Below are positions 30,000 through 39,987 of a DNA stretch of 64,000 nucleotides, piece by piece. Positions within the stretch are counted from its first letter, which is position 1. The number at the start of each line of letters is the position of its first letter. Origin of the DNA: Gammaproteobacteria bacterium (GTDB lineage: Bacteria > Pseudomonadota > Gammaproteobacteria > Eutrophobiales > Eutrophobiaceae). Both the position numbers and the translations under genes were made by a program. The stretch spans positions 2,560,001 to 2,624,000 of the forward strand of contig CBDCTH010000012.1 in NCBI GenBank assembly GCA_965222155.1, read 5' to 3'. The notes below the pieces were generated by a model. It saw only the letters and a program-made list of their open reading frames with translations, searched no databases and was not told the DNA's origin.

Positions 30000-32323
30000 A
30001 GCTTGCCAAGACCGGCCAATATCTTCTCAGGTGTAATCGGCAACTCCCTGATGCGCACGCCGACTGCATTAAATACGGCATTGGCAATGGCAGGGGCAGG
30101 AACGATTAAACAACATTCCGCAAGACTTTTTGCACCAAAAGGCCCTGTTTCTTCATTGGATTCGATGAAAATGGATTCAATCCTGTCCGGCATTTCCATG
30201 GCAGTCGGCATCTTGTAATCAAGGAAATCGGCAGAGAGGCAAGCGCCCGATTCCGGGTCAAACTGCAAATCTTCCATCAGGGCGTAACCAATCCCCTGTT
30301 GTACGGCCCCTTCGACCTGTCCCTGGGCGGTTACCGGGTTGATGACCCTGCCGATGTCGTGGGCATAGACGACATGCTCGACCTTGACCTGACCGGTATC
30401 CGTATCTACCTCCAGTTCAACGAACATGGCCCCGCAAGGGATTGGCGTAATCTTAGGGTTAAGGCTGGAAAGACCGATAATCGTCCCGCGAAATGGTGTA
30501 GAGTCCGGCTGCGGGCCTTGCGGCGTCTCATGCACCATGGGCGAATCCGCCCGGGCGGCAACCTCCTGAACCGTCACGGCATTGGCCTCACTGCCTTTGA
30601 CGAAAATTTTCCCGTTACGTACCTCAAGGTCCCCGGGGTTGGCTTCCAGCATGGTGGCAGCTACGGCGAACATCTTTAATTTTGCGTCACCGGCTGCCGC
30701 CTTTACGGCGCCGCCCGCCGCATAGGTGCCTCGGCTTGCGTGGGTGGGGGCATCGAACGGTACATTCCCGGTATCCACAGTGCTCATCCTCACCTGTTCA
30801 AGCGCTATGCCCAGTTCCTCCGCGGCAATTTGACAAAACACGGTGTTCTGGCCGGCGCCGATATCTATGCAAGCCGTAGCGATATCAGCGGAACCATCAG
30901 GGTTCAGCTTGACCACGGCGCCGGAGTGCTCGTACAAATCAGGCTGGCCGATACAGTTGGAAGTCCAGGTCGGGACACAGGCCATGCCCAGTCCCCGTTG
31001 TCTGGCACCCGGGTCGGAAATTGGGGGAGTCCGCCGCCCCCAGCCGATACGCTCGGCGCCCTGCCTGATGCAATCCTCAAAACGGTAAGTGGTAAACGTC
31101 TGGTTAAATACCGGGTGCTGTTCACCCTCGCGGTGCCCGTTTTTAATCCTGATTTCCAGCGGGTCCAGTCCGGTCTCGTTACATATCTCATCCAACTGGG
31201 ATTCCACGGCGAAGGCTGCCTGGGGCGCGCCGTAACCGCGATATCCGCCGCTGATCATATTGTTGGTATGCACGGTGAGCCCTTCCCAACGGCGATTCGG
31301 GCAATTATAGGTGTACATGAACCCGAACAGGCCGTGCACCATGATGACCGTGGAGCCGTGGGTTGCATACGCCCCGGCGTCAAAAATACTTTTGCCGCAG
31401 CGTGCGGTAATGGCGCCGTCGTTTCTGATGGCGGTGGTCAGGCTGAGATTAACCGGGTTCCGGGCGCCGGTGATGAAATTTTCGGCACGCGTATGCATGA
31501 ACTTGACCGGCCTGCCGGTGCGCCTGCTCATGATCGCCGCCAGCGGTTCGATATAGCCGATGTCCAGTTTGCCGCCGAAGCCGCCGCCTATATAGGGTGG
31601 TTTTACCACCCGCACCCTGCTTACCGGCATATCAAGCACAAAAGCCAGTTTTTCCCTGAGTCCGAACAAATGCTGATTGGAACTGTACACGGTCAGGTTT
31701 CCCTGTGAGTCGGTGTCGACTACTACCATCCTCGGTTCCAGGTAACAGGTATGCACCCGTTGGGTCTGGTATGTATGTTCAAAGACCCGGTCCGCCTCAG
31801 CCAACGCCGTATCTACGTCGCCGGTTTCAAAATAGGGGTGTTTGGCAATGTTGTTGTCGGTGTAATCATGAAGCCCGATGGCGCCATCAGCCATAGCAGC
31901 ATCAGTTGTAAATACCGCCGGGAGTTCTTCATATTCAACTTCAATCAATTCCAGGGCCTGTTCCGCAATTTCCGGGGAGGTGGCCGCGACGGCTGCGATC
32001 GGCTGGCCGGAATATCGAACGGTGCGGTTAAGAATATCCATATCATGGTTGGCGCCCAGGGCCGTGACCGGCATGAAATAAATCGGATTGAACTTCTTTT
32101 GCGGCACGTCGTCAGCCGTCAGAATCGCCTTGACCCCCGGCAATTTTTCCGCCTTGGACGTATCGATAGAGATGATTTTGGCATGCGCATAAAAACTGCG
32201 CAGTAACTTTCCGTGCAACATCCCCGGGAGTGAGACATTGACCGGATAGCCCCGGCCACCCACTACTTTGTCATAAGCGTCAATATTTGGGATTTCCGCT
32301 CCGATGTAGCTTGATTCCGGCAT
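29996..32323 (-). CDS. Xanthine dehydrogenase family molybdopterin-binding large subunit
   Basis: GGGFGGK, YRGYGAPQ, GQVEG, DYKMPT, GPFGAKSLAE. Confidence 0.93.
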   Translation of the reverse strand: MPESSYIGAEIPNIDAYDKVVGGRGYPVNVSLPGMLHGKLLRSFYAHAKIISIDTSKAEKLPGVKAILTADDVPQKKFNPIYFMPVTALGANHDMDILNRTVRYSGQPIAAVAATSPEIAEQALELIEVEYEELPAVFTTDAAMADGAIGLHDYTDNNIAKHPYFETGDVDTALAEADRVFEHTYQTQRVHTCYLEPRMVVVDTDSQGNLTVYSSNQHLFGLREKLAFVLDMPVSRVRVVKPPYIGGGFGGKLDIGYIEPLAAIMSRRTGRPVKFMHTRAENFITGARNPVNLSLTTAIRNDGAITARCGKSIFDAGAYATHGSTVIMVHGLFGFMYTYNCPNRRWEGLTVHTNNMISGGYRGYGAPQAAFAVESQLDEICNETGLDPLEIRIKNGHREGEQHPVFNQTFTTYRFEDCIRQGAERIGWGRRTPPISDPGARQRGLGMACVPTWTSNCIGQPDLYEHSGAVVKLNPDGSADIATACIDIGAGQNTVFCQIAAEELGIALEQVRMSTVDTGNVPFDAPTHASRGTYAAGGAVKAAAGDAKLKMFAVAATMLEANPGDLEVRNGKIFVKGSEANAVTVQEVAARADSPMVHETPQGPQPDSTPFRGTIIGLSSLNPKITPIPCGAMFVELEVDTDTGQVKVEHVVYAHDIGRVINPVTAQGQVEGAVQQGIGYALMEDLQFDPESGACLSADFLDYKMPTAMEMPDRIESIFIESNEETGPFGAKSLAECCLIVPAPAIANAVFNAVGVRIRELPITPEKILAGLGKL

Positions 32324-32340
32324 GAGTTTCCTGGTTCCGG

Positions 32341-32912
32341 TTATGAATTAGCCGTGGCGGCAGCTACAATGGCGTCAACGATCTTTATATAACCCGTGCA
32401 GCGACAAAGGTTTCCGGCAATTGCCTGCCTGATTTCCGCTCTGGTCGGACGTTGATTGCTATCGAGCAGTTCTTTAGCTGCCATGATAAAACCGCAACTA
32501 CAGTAGCCGCACTGCACCGCGCCGTGCTCGACAAAGGCCTGCTGGATAGGGTGAGGTCTCCCGCCTGAGACCAATCCCTCAACGGTGGTGATCTCCTTAT
32601 TCTGCGCAGATAAAGCATAAGGGAACCTCTAATAATTGACAGTTTTTGATACACAGGGTCGCTAACTTATTGAAATCATTGACCGCTAATATATCAATTT
32701 GTGAATAAATAGAGGTTCCCATAAGTCATACAGGAATAATGTGATTTACCGTTGATCAGCACAGTGCAACAACCGCACCCCCCTGAATCACAACCGCGTT
32801 TGGGTCCCATAATACCCAGTTGCTCGCGCAAAACATCAAGCAGCATTGCGTATGGCTCTATGGCTATCTGGTGTGTCTCTTCATTAACATGCAGTTCAAT
32901 GAGTTGTTTCAC
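32341..32912 (-). pseudogene. (2Fe-2S)-binding small subunit of the Mo-hydroxylase, interrupted by a MITE
   Basis: GCDSGGCGCCTV in the 5' part; QCGYC and GNLCRCTGY in the 3' part; removing the insert restores YSCMTYALSAQNKEITTVEGL. Confidence 0.92.
32621..32720. mobile_element. 100-bp MITE with IS5-like ends and a 4-bp ATAA target duplication
   Basis: GGGAACCTCTA...TAGAGGTTCCC; ATAA at 32617-32620 and 32721-32724. Confidence 0.92.
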
Positions 32913-32930
32913 AATTATTACCCGTAACTC

Positions 32931-33452
32931 TCAGGCCGATGCAGAATTTACCCGCATATCATCAGCAGACAAGAATATTTCAAACGGTGGGTCAATATCC
33001 ATGATTTCCTCGTCGTCACTGCCGTCGCCACACCACATCAATATTGCCATTTCGGCGGTTTCATCAAGCACGGTCATATCGTGATGCCAGACACCACGGC
33101 GATAAGTGATACCCTGTTTGCCATCTGCCAGGAAACATTTGACCCGGTTCAGGTCCGGACTTCCGTCAGGATTGTCTGGTGCCACGGTAACCAGGTATCT
33201 GGCCACCTTGATCGGTATGAACGTCTGGCTGGTATAGGGGTGTCTTTCCAATTCTGTCGCGCGCATCGGCAGTCTGTCGAGCGGACTGATAGTGATGATT
33301 GATAAATCAACACCGGCATTTTTTCGGGAGTTTTCCAGAATATCATTGAAGAATTTACGCCCCGGCTCGGCCGGACTTTCCAACACCTGCCCAAATGGGT
33401 AAAACGCCTCGGGATTCAAGGGTTCGGCAGTGATTTGCGGACGTTTTGTCAA
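32931..33452 (-). CDS. Ureidoglycolate lyase family protein
   Basis: AFYPFGQV, LERHPYTSQTFIP, QGITYRRGVWHH. Confidence 0.88.
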   Translation of the reverse strand: MTKRPQITAEPLNPEAFYPFGQVLESPAEPGRKFFNDILENSRKNAGVDLSIITISPLDRLPMRATELERHPYTSQTFIPIKVARYLVTVAPDNPDGSPDLNRVKCFLADGKQGITYRRGVWHHDMTVLDETAEMAILMWCGDGSDDEEIMDIDPPFEIFLSADDMRVNSASA

Positions 33453-33486
33453 GCAGATTTACCGACTGGTTAACTCCATTGATGTA

Positions 33487-33807
33487 TCAATACTGCGATT
33501 CCGGCGTATGTACAACCAGGCCGTCCAGTTGCGCGGTTACCTTTATCTGGCAACTCAAGCGGCTGGTCGGCTGCGGACTCATGACAAAGTCGAGCATCTC
33601 CTTTTCCATGTTCTGCGCTTCAGGCAGTTTGTCGAACCACTCCTCCTCCACGTGCATGTGACAGGTGGCGCAACTGCACGCACCGCCGCATTCGGCAACG
33701 ATTCCGTCAACCCCGTTATTCACGGCGGTTTGCATGACACTCATACCTTCTTTGGCATCTACGACGGTTTCTGTGCCATCGAATGCGATATAGGTGATTT
33801 TCGGCAT
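33487..33807 (-). CDS. 2Fe-2S ferredoxin (putidaredoxin/adrenodoxin type)
   Basis: AECGGACSCATCH, SRLSCQI. Confidence 0.95.
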   Translation of the reverse strand: MPKITYIAFDGTETVVDAKEGMSVMQTAVNNGVDGIVAECGGACSCATCHMHVEEEWFDKLPEAQNMEKEMLDFVMSPQPTSRLSCQIKVTAQLDGLVVHTPESQY

Positions 33808-33910
33808 TTCCTGAACTCCAAAAAAGCTGTTGTTTCGTATTATTGTCCAGACTTCAGGTAGAGATTATAAAGAAATCAGGGGAAAAGGGGGCAGATTTAT
33901 TATTCAGGAT

Positions 33911-35243
33911 CACTAGTGTCCGGAATATTAATCGAATAAATTCAATTGGTTAGAGAACGTGTCATAATTCATGTCAGTCTCATAATCGCTAAGTAGTTGA
34001 TTTAGGGGCATTCTTTCGAACAGTGTCACACTTAAAATTTGTAGAATTGTGTACAGGCTGCGCTCGCAGTTCAGACGCTTCTTGATGATCGCAACCAACA
34101 CGTAGATGGAGACAGCTATCCAGATCTGCGTTTTCACAGCATTCTCTGAGGTGCCGAAGAACGTTTTGATGCGCAAGTGTTGTTTGATCCATTTGAAAAA
34201 CAATTCGACCTGCCACCGGCACCGATATAAGTCGGCGATAGTGGCGGCCGGTAAGGTAAAGTTGTTGGTGAGAAACACCAGTGTTTTGTGGGTGTTCACA
34301 TCGTGATACTTGATGCGGCGCAGTGTGTCGGGATAGCGCTGAGCGGAGTGGCGGTCGGTCAGCACACCGGTTTGGTCGTAACGTAGTCCGGTGGTCTTGT
34401 CGACCTGATGGGAGTAGCGGCGGCGAAACTTGAGGTTGGATTTGGCCCGGATAACGAAGAAGGCCGAGGCCATGGTCAATCCATGCAGTCGCTCGAAGTC
34501 GAGGTAGGCGCGGTCCATGATATAGAAGGCGCCGGGCGCCGGCAGCAAGGTATCGAGCACCTTGACATCGTGCAGTTTGCCCGGTGAGACATGGATAAAC
34601 GTGGGAATATTGCCACGCAGGTCCAGTAATGTATGCACTTTTACCGCGGCCTTGGTACGCCGAAAGTGCGCCCAGGGGAACACGGAGAGACACAGGTCGA
34701 TGGGGGTAGAATCGAGCGCATAGACCGTGTTGTCGAGTTCGACGCCGAACTGGTCGTTGAGATACAGGTGTCGTGCGGTGTGTATCAAGGCGTGGGCAAA
34801 CTCGGCGTAGATGCGCCAGTCGCGTGTCTCGTTGGCGTCGGCCAAGGTGCTGCGGGACACTGTGCTGCGCAGGCCCATATGATAGAGTTTGTTGCGCTGG
34901 GCGCGCAGGCAGGCTTCGATATCGCGCAGACTTTCGCGATGGGTGAGTTGCGCAAAGGCCATACATCGATACTGGTCCTGACAACTGAACCGCTTGACGT
35001 GACGATGGCCATGGTAGCGTTGAATACAGCGACGCAAGGTATGGTGTGGCAGGTGTTCGAGTGTTTGTGCAAAGACCAATTTGCCGTTGTACATGTGCGT
35101 GTGCTCCCATCTTGTTACTTGATGGAAGAGCTTGAAACAAACGGGGCAGGCAGTTCAAGTCGGTGACACCCATAATGAGAGGATTTTATAATGAATGACA
35201 GTAAGTTAGCTTTTATCTTCGTCGAATATTCCGGACACTAGTG
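33911..35243 (-). mobile_element. Complete IS4-family insertion sequence
   Basis: 19-bp perfect TIR CACTAGTGTCCGGAATATT; 9-bp target duplication ATTCAGGAT (33902-33910, 35244-35252). Confidence 0.95.
33928..35094 (-). CDS. IS4-family DDE transposase
   Basis: ALDST, MDRAY, YRCRWQVELFFKWIKQ (YREK signature). Confidence 0.95.
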   Translation of the reverse strand: MYNGKLVFAQTLEHLPHHTLRRCIQRYHGHRHVKRFSCQDQYRCMAFAQLTHRESLRDIEACLRAQRNKLYHMGLRSTVSRSTLADANETRDWRIYAEFAHALIHTARHLYLNDQFGVELDNTVYALDSTPIDLCLSVFPWAHFRRTKAAVKVHTLLDLRGNIPTFIHVSPGKLHDVKVLDTLLPAPGAFYIMDRAYLDFERLHGLTMASAFFVIRAKSNLKFRRRYSHQVDKTTGLRYDQTGVLTDRHSAQRYPDTLRRIKYHDVNTHKTLVFLTNNFTLPAATIADLYRCRWQVELFFKWIKQHLRIKTFFGTSENAVKTQIWIAVSIYVLVAIIKKRLNCERSLYTILQILSVTLFERMPLNQLLSDYETDMNYDTFSNQLNLFD

Positions 35244-35305
35244 ATTCAGGATAACGAAGTATGCCTTGCGACTATGTAACAAAAATAAATCTGTCCCCTT
35301 TTCTG

Positions 35306-36289
35306 TTAATCAGCGACCTGCAACATGATTTTTCCGATATGCCGGCTCGACTCCATCAATCGATGGCCTTCATTGGCCTTGCTCAACGGCAACACCGTAT
35401 GAATGATCGGTTTAACCTGACCTGACTCCAGCAGGGGCCAGACCTGTTTTCTCAATCCGGCTGCTATAGCTGCCTTGAACGCAACCGGTCTGGGACGTAA
35501 CGTCGAGCCGGTTATCACCAGACGCTTCAACATGATGGAGCGGATGGATACCTCTGCCGAAAACCCTCTCAGACCCGCGATGATGACGTAACGGCCTTCC
35601 ACTGCAGCCGCGGCAATATTACGGTTGGTATAATCTCCCGCCACCATATCGAGTATGACCTCAACACCCTTACCATCGGTGGCGTTCCTGCATGCTTCGA
35701 CAAAATCCTCTTCGTTGTAATTGATCACAAGGTCCGCTCCCAGTTCACGGCATACCTTGCATTTCTCCTCATTCCCCGCCGTGGTAAACACAGTTGCGCC
35801 AAATGCTTTTGCCAACTGTATGGCCGTCGTGCCGATGCCGCTGCTGCCGCCATGGATTAATACCGATTCCCCCGCCTTGAGCCCGGCGCGATCAAACAGG
35901 TTGCTCCAGACGGTGAAAAAGGTTTCCGGCAGGGCAGCAGCTTCAATAGGCGTCAGCCCTGCGGGAACGGGTAAACACAAGGGTGCATCTGCAACGGCAA
36001 ATTCGGCATAGCCGCCGCCGGTTACCAGCGCGCAGACTTGATCGCCCGGATGCGGCCAGGTCACATCCGCACCGGTTTCAATGACTTCACCTGCAATCTC
36101 CAGGCCGGGAATAGCCGACGCGCCCCGGGGCGGTGGATATTTTCCCTGCCGTTGCATTATGTCGGGACGATTGATACCGGCTGCCTCGACTCTTATCAAT
36201 ACCTGATTTTCACCAGGGACCGGTGCGTCACCCTCGGTGATTTGCAGGACGTCGGGACCGCCGAATTCTGTAATTTCAATATGTCTCAT
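35306..36289 (-). CDS. NAD(P)H-quinone oxidoreductase, PIG3 family
   Basis: GINRPD, YPPP, LPETFFTVW, HGGSSGIG, GSTLR, HIGKI. Confidence 0.93.
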   Translation of the reverse strand: MRHIEITEFGGPDVLQITEGDAPVPGENQVLIRVEAAGINRPDIMQRQGKYPPPRGASAIPGLEIAGEVIETGADVTWPHPGDQVCALVTGGGYAEFAVADAPLCLPVPAGLTPIEAAALPETFFTVWSNLFDRAGLKAGESVLIHGGSSGIGTTAIQLAKAFGATVFTTAGNEEKCKVCRELGADLVINYNEEDFVEACRNATDGKGVEVILDMVAGDYTNRNIAAAAVEGRYVIIAGLRGFSAEVSIRSIMLKRLVITGSTLRPRPVAFKAAIAAGLRKQVWPLLESGQVKPIIHTVLPLSKANEGHRLMESSRHIGKIMLQVAD

Positions 36290-36341
36290 AGAGTCTTTCA
36301 ATCAGTAAGCCTTTGCTGGACTGTAACACCCTGAGTGCCGA

Positions 36342-36710
36342 TCAATTTGTCGGGGGTAACAATGCCAATTCAGCGGCTATCCTCCCAAGCCGCTTATCAC
36401 GGGTCAGTAATGACCCTGATTTAGCCAGAGACATGGATGCCAGCAAATGGACATCAATATAGCCAATACCTTTCCCCATCAGCCTATGCTGTTCAATGAA
36501 AAATAATACTTCGGCTTCGGTGGCAACCGGGGCTGCCGGCAAATTGCCGAGTAGAGCCAGCACCTCGGTGCGTCGGTCCAGGTTGCCACAGGCTAATTCT
36601 CCCAGCACAAAAGGATGAAGCAGTACCTGGTTGTTGTTGAGCAATAGCTCCAGATTCCGGCTTCCGGATCGCAGGTGATCAATCCATATCGATGTATCAA
36701 CCAGTATCAT
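36342..36710 (-). CDS. vapC: PIN-domain toxin VapC
   Basis: MILVDTSIWIDHL, GELACG, GIGYIDVHLL. Confidence 0.93.
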   Translation of the reverse strand: MILVDTSIWIDHLRSGSRNLELLLNNNQVLLHPFVLGELACGNLDRRTEVLALLGNLPAAPVATEAEVLFFIEQHRLMGKGIGYIDVHLLASMSLAKSGSLLTRDKRLGRIAAELALLPPTN

Positions 36711-36904
36711 TCAACCCTGCTACGGCGCCGGGGAATAACTTGAAGGCCAGGCTGGCTGCCTCCCAGTCGAGCCAGCCGCTGTGCGCTCTCACGCTCGATA
36801 AGGGCTTTAAGCCCCTCACGAACCAGCACTGACTTGCCAGTTACACCTGTGATTTGCTGGGCTTTTGCCAACAGTTGGTCGTCGATTGTTAAAGTTGTTC
36901 GCAT
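36707..36904 (-). CDS. vapB: VapB antitoxin (RHH)
   Basis: MRTTLTIDDQLL...ESAQRLARLGG; overlaps vapC. Confidence 0.93.
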   Translation of the reverse strand: MRTTLTIDDQLLAKAQQITGVTGKSVLVREGLKALIERESAQRLARLGGSQPGLQVIPRRRSRVE

Positions 36905-36933
36905 GATTCAACCTCTGAGCTATGGCCAGGAAG

Positions 36934-36957
36934 CATCATATTATACATAAATTGATG
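36934..36957 (-). promoter_or_regulatory. vapBC -10 box within a palindromic operator
   Basis: CATCA-N14-TGATG enclosing TATAAT on the minus strand (36940-36945). Confidence 0.55.
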
Positions 36958-37058
36958 TCGTTTACTATGCACCAGTAGACTGAAAGAGTCAGAACGCTCG
37001 TTGAAGAAGCCAGTCTACCGTGCACTCCGGCCGCGCGGGCAGAATTTAGTTTATCTCT

Positions 37059-37454
37059 TAGCCCGGATTTCTCACCAGGTGATGCGATGATCACGCAGGA
37101 TTTTTTGCGCCAGCGGGTGCCGGAGCCTGCCCCGTACTTGATACGGGGACCGAAAGCATAGCCGTAGCTATGGTTGAGGGACAAATTGTCAGGACAGACA
37201 ATTTGCACGGCGACAGCCGCCCGCAGGGTTGCGCCCAGAGCCTGCCCCCCTGCTTACAACCGCAGGGGCAAGCTCTGTATGGAGTTGAGCAGGGGGATGG
37301 GCGCAATGAACACGTGCCCGCTGGCGCAAAAAAGACAAGTGAGGGCGCATCAAGCGCAGTGTGTAATGTCGTCATACTGAGGAGATGATCATAACTTATT
37401 GACAATAAATATGTTTCCGATGGCGACAAGCGACCTGGTGAGAAATCCGGGCTA
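37059..37454. mobile_element. About 396-bp non-autonomous element (MITE) with nested palindromes
   Basis: 22-bp perfect TIR TAGCCCGGATTTCTCACCAGGT; inner IR TTTTTTGCGCCAGCGGG / CCCGCTGGCGCAAAAAA; no transposase. Confidence 0.82.
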
Positions 37455-39518
37455 GTAATTCAACCGGACCGACAAGCCGCCGTAGACATTCAGCGTAGGC
37501 GCCGGTTCAAACACCCTGCCGCCAAAACCGTTGAGGCGCAGGTTGGACATGTATTTCTGGTCAAACAGGTTGTTGACGCCGATGAACGGCGACAGTTCAA
37601 AGCCTGCGAGTTGCAGGCGGTGTCCCGCTCTCAGGTTCGATACTTCATAAGAATCGGATATAACGCTATTGGTGTTATTCACCGCCAGGTCGTCAACCGC
37701 GAGGATATCCCAGCTCAGGTAGAAACCGGAATCATGGTTATACGCCAGTTCCGCGTAAAACTGGTTCTCCGGCAGACCAGGCAGCATCTTGCCTTCTGCC
37801 GCCATGTTCGTGGGGAAGCGGTCAAACTCGAAGTCTGAATAAGTGTAGGACGCGGTAAGCTGCAATCCGGCCATGAGGTCTACGACGACGGATGCCTCGA
37901 TGCCGTTGCGGTCGGTATCGGCATTTTCAAAAAATGAACGGTTGCCAATATTGGTCACGCTGACTACCTCATCCTCCACGTCCATGATGAAGCCGGCAAT
38001 ATCGAAGTACGCACGGCCGCCAATGATGCCTCGGGCGCCGATCTCGAGACTCTGCGCATTCTGGGCGTCCACGGAGGCAAACCCACCAAGGTTCACATTG
38101 AGATTGCGCGCCGGGTTGGCCAGTTCCGTAAAAGTGGGCGTCTCGAACGCGGTCGCGTAGTTGAAATAGAGACTGACCGAATCTGTCGCTGCCCAGGTCA
38201 ACCCGACACTTGGGCTGAATTCATCAAAATCCAAATCGCCGGACTGATCAGCGTTGGACAGGAACCGGTCCTCGACGGAGAGGTCCACAATGTCGTAACG
38301 ACCGCCTATGGTCAGTTGCAGGGAGTCGGTCACTGCCAGGCTGTTGCGGACGTAAAATCCATAAGCTTCCGCTTCTTCCAACTGGTCGAAGGCCAAAGCG
38401 CCTTTAATCCCGGCGTCATTGAAATAACGCTGCCGATCATCTTCCTGGATATCGAGATCAAAGCCCGCGCTGAATTGATTGGGACGACCAAACAATTCCC
38501 CCGTATAGGAGTATTGAGCGCCCCCGCCGAAAAAGAACCGGTCGAATTCAACCACCCCGTCATCCGCTACAAACCGGATATGGGAGCCAATGGGCAAAAA
38601 GGCCTGAAAATCCCGCCACAGGTAGTAATTGCGCACCCTGATCTCATGTTGCTCACCGAACTGGTGACGATAGATCCAGCCGAACTTCTGTTGTGACAAT
38701 TCCTCGCCGGCATTGGAACTGAGGTTTCTTGACTGTGCTTGACGCCGGTCTGCTTCCACATCCGCCGTATTGATTCCACCCGAATCATCCGCCTGCGGGG
38801 AATCCACCAGGTTGAAGATGACGGTCAGGTCTGAGTCCGCGTCAAATTCATAGCGGAACTTGCTGTTCACCAGTCCATGTTCCACCCTTGAGTTGGCGCG
38901 ATATCCGTCACTCTCCAGGTAGGAACCATTCACCAGGTAATTCAGCTTGCCCGTTTGTCCGCCGAGCTTGAGTTGATATTTCTGGTGGTCGTACTCACCG
39001 ACCGTGACCCTGGCCTCAGCAAACGGTGTATCAGTGCCGTCCTCCGTATAAAGGCTCATGACACCGCCGGACGAGCTGCCATACAAAGCGGAAGATGGCC
39101 CGCGTATAATTTCGATGCGTCCTACAGAACCGATATCAATATCGTCGACCCCGCTCTGGCCGTCAGCCAGAGTTGCCGGAAGGTCGTCCACGAATACCTT
39201 GATACCGCGAATGCCGAAGTTTGCCCGGGAACCGAAGCCCCGGATTGCAACACGCAGGTCCTGGCTGAAGTTGTAGCGATTCTGAAAGAAGATGCCCGGC
39301 ACCCGGTTCAGCGATTCGTCCAGCCCCAACTGCTGGCGACCCACCTGAATGGCGTCTTTCTCCACGACGCTGACCGCACTTGAGACATCCGCCAGCGTCT
39401 GGTCTTGTCGTGTTGCGGTGACGATTATTTCATCGAGTTCGGTAACACCGTAACTGGCTGTTGCTGAGATCATAATACCTGCGACAAGTGCCCACCTGCC
39501 GAAGTAAAAATTCTCCAT
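37452..39518 (-). CDS. TonB-dependent receptor
   Basis: Signal peptide, TonB box DEIIVTATR, IEIIRGPSSALYG, VNNLFD, terminal aromatic residue. Confidence 0.95.
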   Translation of the reverse strand: MENFYFGRWALVAGIMISATASYGVTELDEIIVTATRQDQTLADVSSAVSVVEKDAIQVGRQQLGLDESLNRVPGIFFQNRYNFSQDLRVAIRGFGSRANFGIRGIKVFVDDLPATLADGQSGVDDIDIGSVGRIEIIRGPSSALYGSSSGGVMSLYTEDGTDTPFAEARVTVGEYDHQKYQLKLGGQTGKLNYLVNGSYLESDGYRANSRVEHGLVNSKFRYEFDADSDLTVIFNLVDSPQADDSGGINTADVEADRRQAQSRNLSSNAGEELSQQKFGWIYRHQFGEQHEIRVRNYYLWRDFQAFLPIGSHIRFVADDGVVEFDRFFFGGGAQYSYTGELFGRPNQFSAGFDLDIQEDDRQRYFNDAGIKGALAFDQLEEAEAYGFYVRNSLAVTDSLQLTIGGRYDIVDLSVEDRFLSNADQSGDLDFDEFSPSVGLTWAATDSVSLYFNYATAFETPTFTELANPARNLNVNLGGFASVDAQNAQSLEIGARGIIGGRAYFDIAGFIMDVEDEVVSVTNIGNRSFFENADTDRNGIEASVVVDLMAGLQLTASYTYSDFEFDRFPTNMAAEGKMLPGLPENQFYAELAYNHDSGFYLSWDILAVDDLAVNNTNSVISDSYEVSNLRAGHRLQLAGFELSPFIGVNNLFDQKYMSNLRLNGFGGRVFEPAPTLNVYGGLSVRLNY

Positions 39519-39576
39519 CGTATCTTCCCCCGGAGTAATACTTGTTTGGTTTGAATTAAACAATTACATCGAATAC

Positions 39577-39987
39577 CTACGACGGCATCATTTTCGGGTG
39601 AGATTCCATCTTCACTTGCTCACGGGTCCATTGCTGGGCACTGTCGCAGTAAATTTCCATGACGGGTCTGACCCAGGAGGTGTCATCCAGGGTGCCTGCC
39701 TTGAGTACGGTGATGGTATCCATAGTCGAGGGTTCGCTGCTGATGGGCGACCCGCAACGCGCGCAGAAATTGCGGTCCAGGGTCTGTCCGCTGTCTCCCG
39801 TATCCACGTAGGTGGTCATTTCACCCTGGATATCCAATGAGCCTTTCGGCAGAACAACATTTAACGAATAAGCCCCACCGCTTTGTTTCTGGCAGTTAAT
39901 GCAATTACAAAGCACCGTAACCAGGGGATCAGCTTCACTCTTGTAGCGTATGTTGCCGCACAGACAACCACCTTCAATCTTTGCCAT
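39577..39987 (-). CDS. GFA / CENP-V family zinc protein
   Basis: GGCLCG, CNCINCQK, FCARCGS. Confidence 0.92.
   Translation of the reverse strand: MAKIEGGCLCGNIRYKSEADPLVTVLCNCINCQKQSGGAYSLNVVLPKGSLDIQGEMTTYVDTGDSGQTLDRNFCARCGSPISSEPSTMDTITVLKAGTLDDTSWVRPVMEIYCDSAQQWTREQVKMESHPKMMPS

Noticed and set aside
30740-31708. 322-aa plus-strand ORF
   Set aside because: Antisense shadow of the Mo-hydroxylase large subunit
33989-35173. 394-aa alternative-frame ORF inside IS4
   Set aside because: Overlaps the transposase on the same strand; Arg/Pro-rich composition typical of off-frame GC-rich DNA
36936-37429. Several short ORFs
   Set aside because: They are translations of MITE and palindrome sequence
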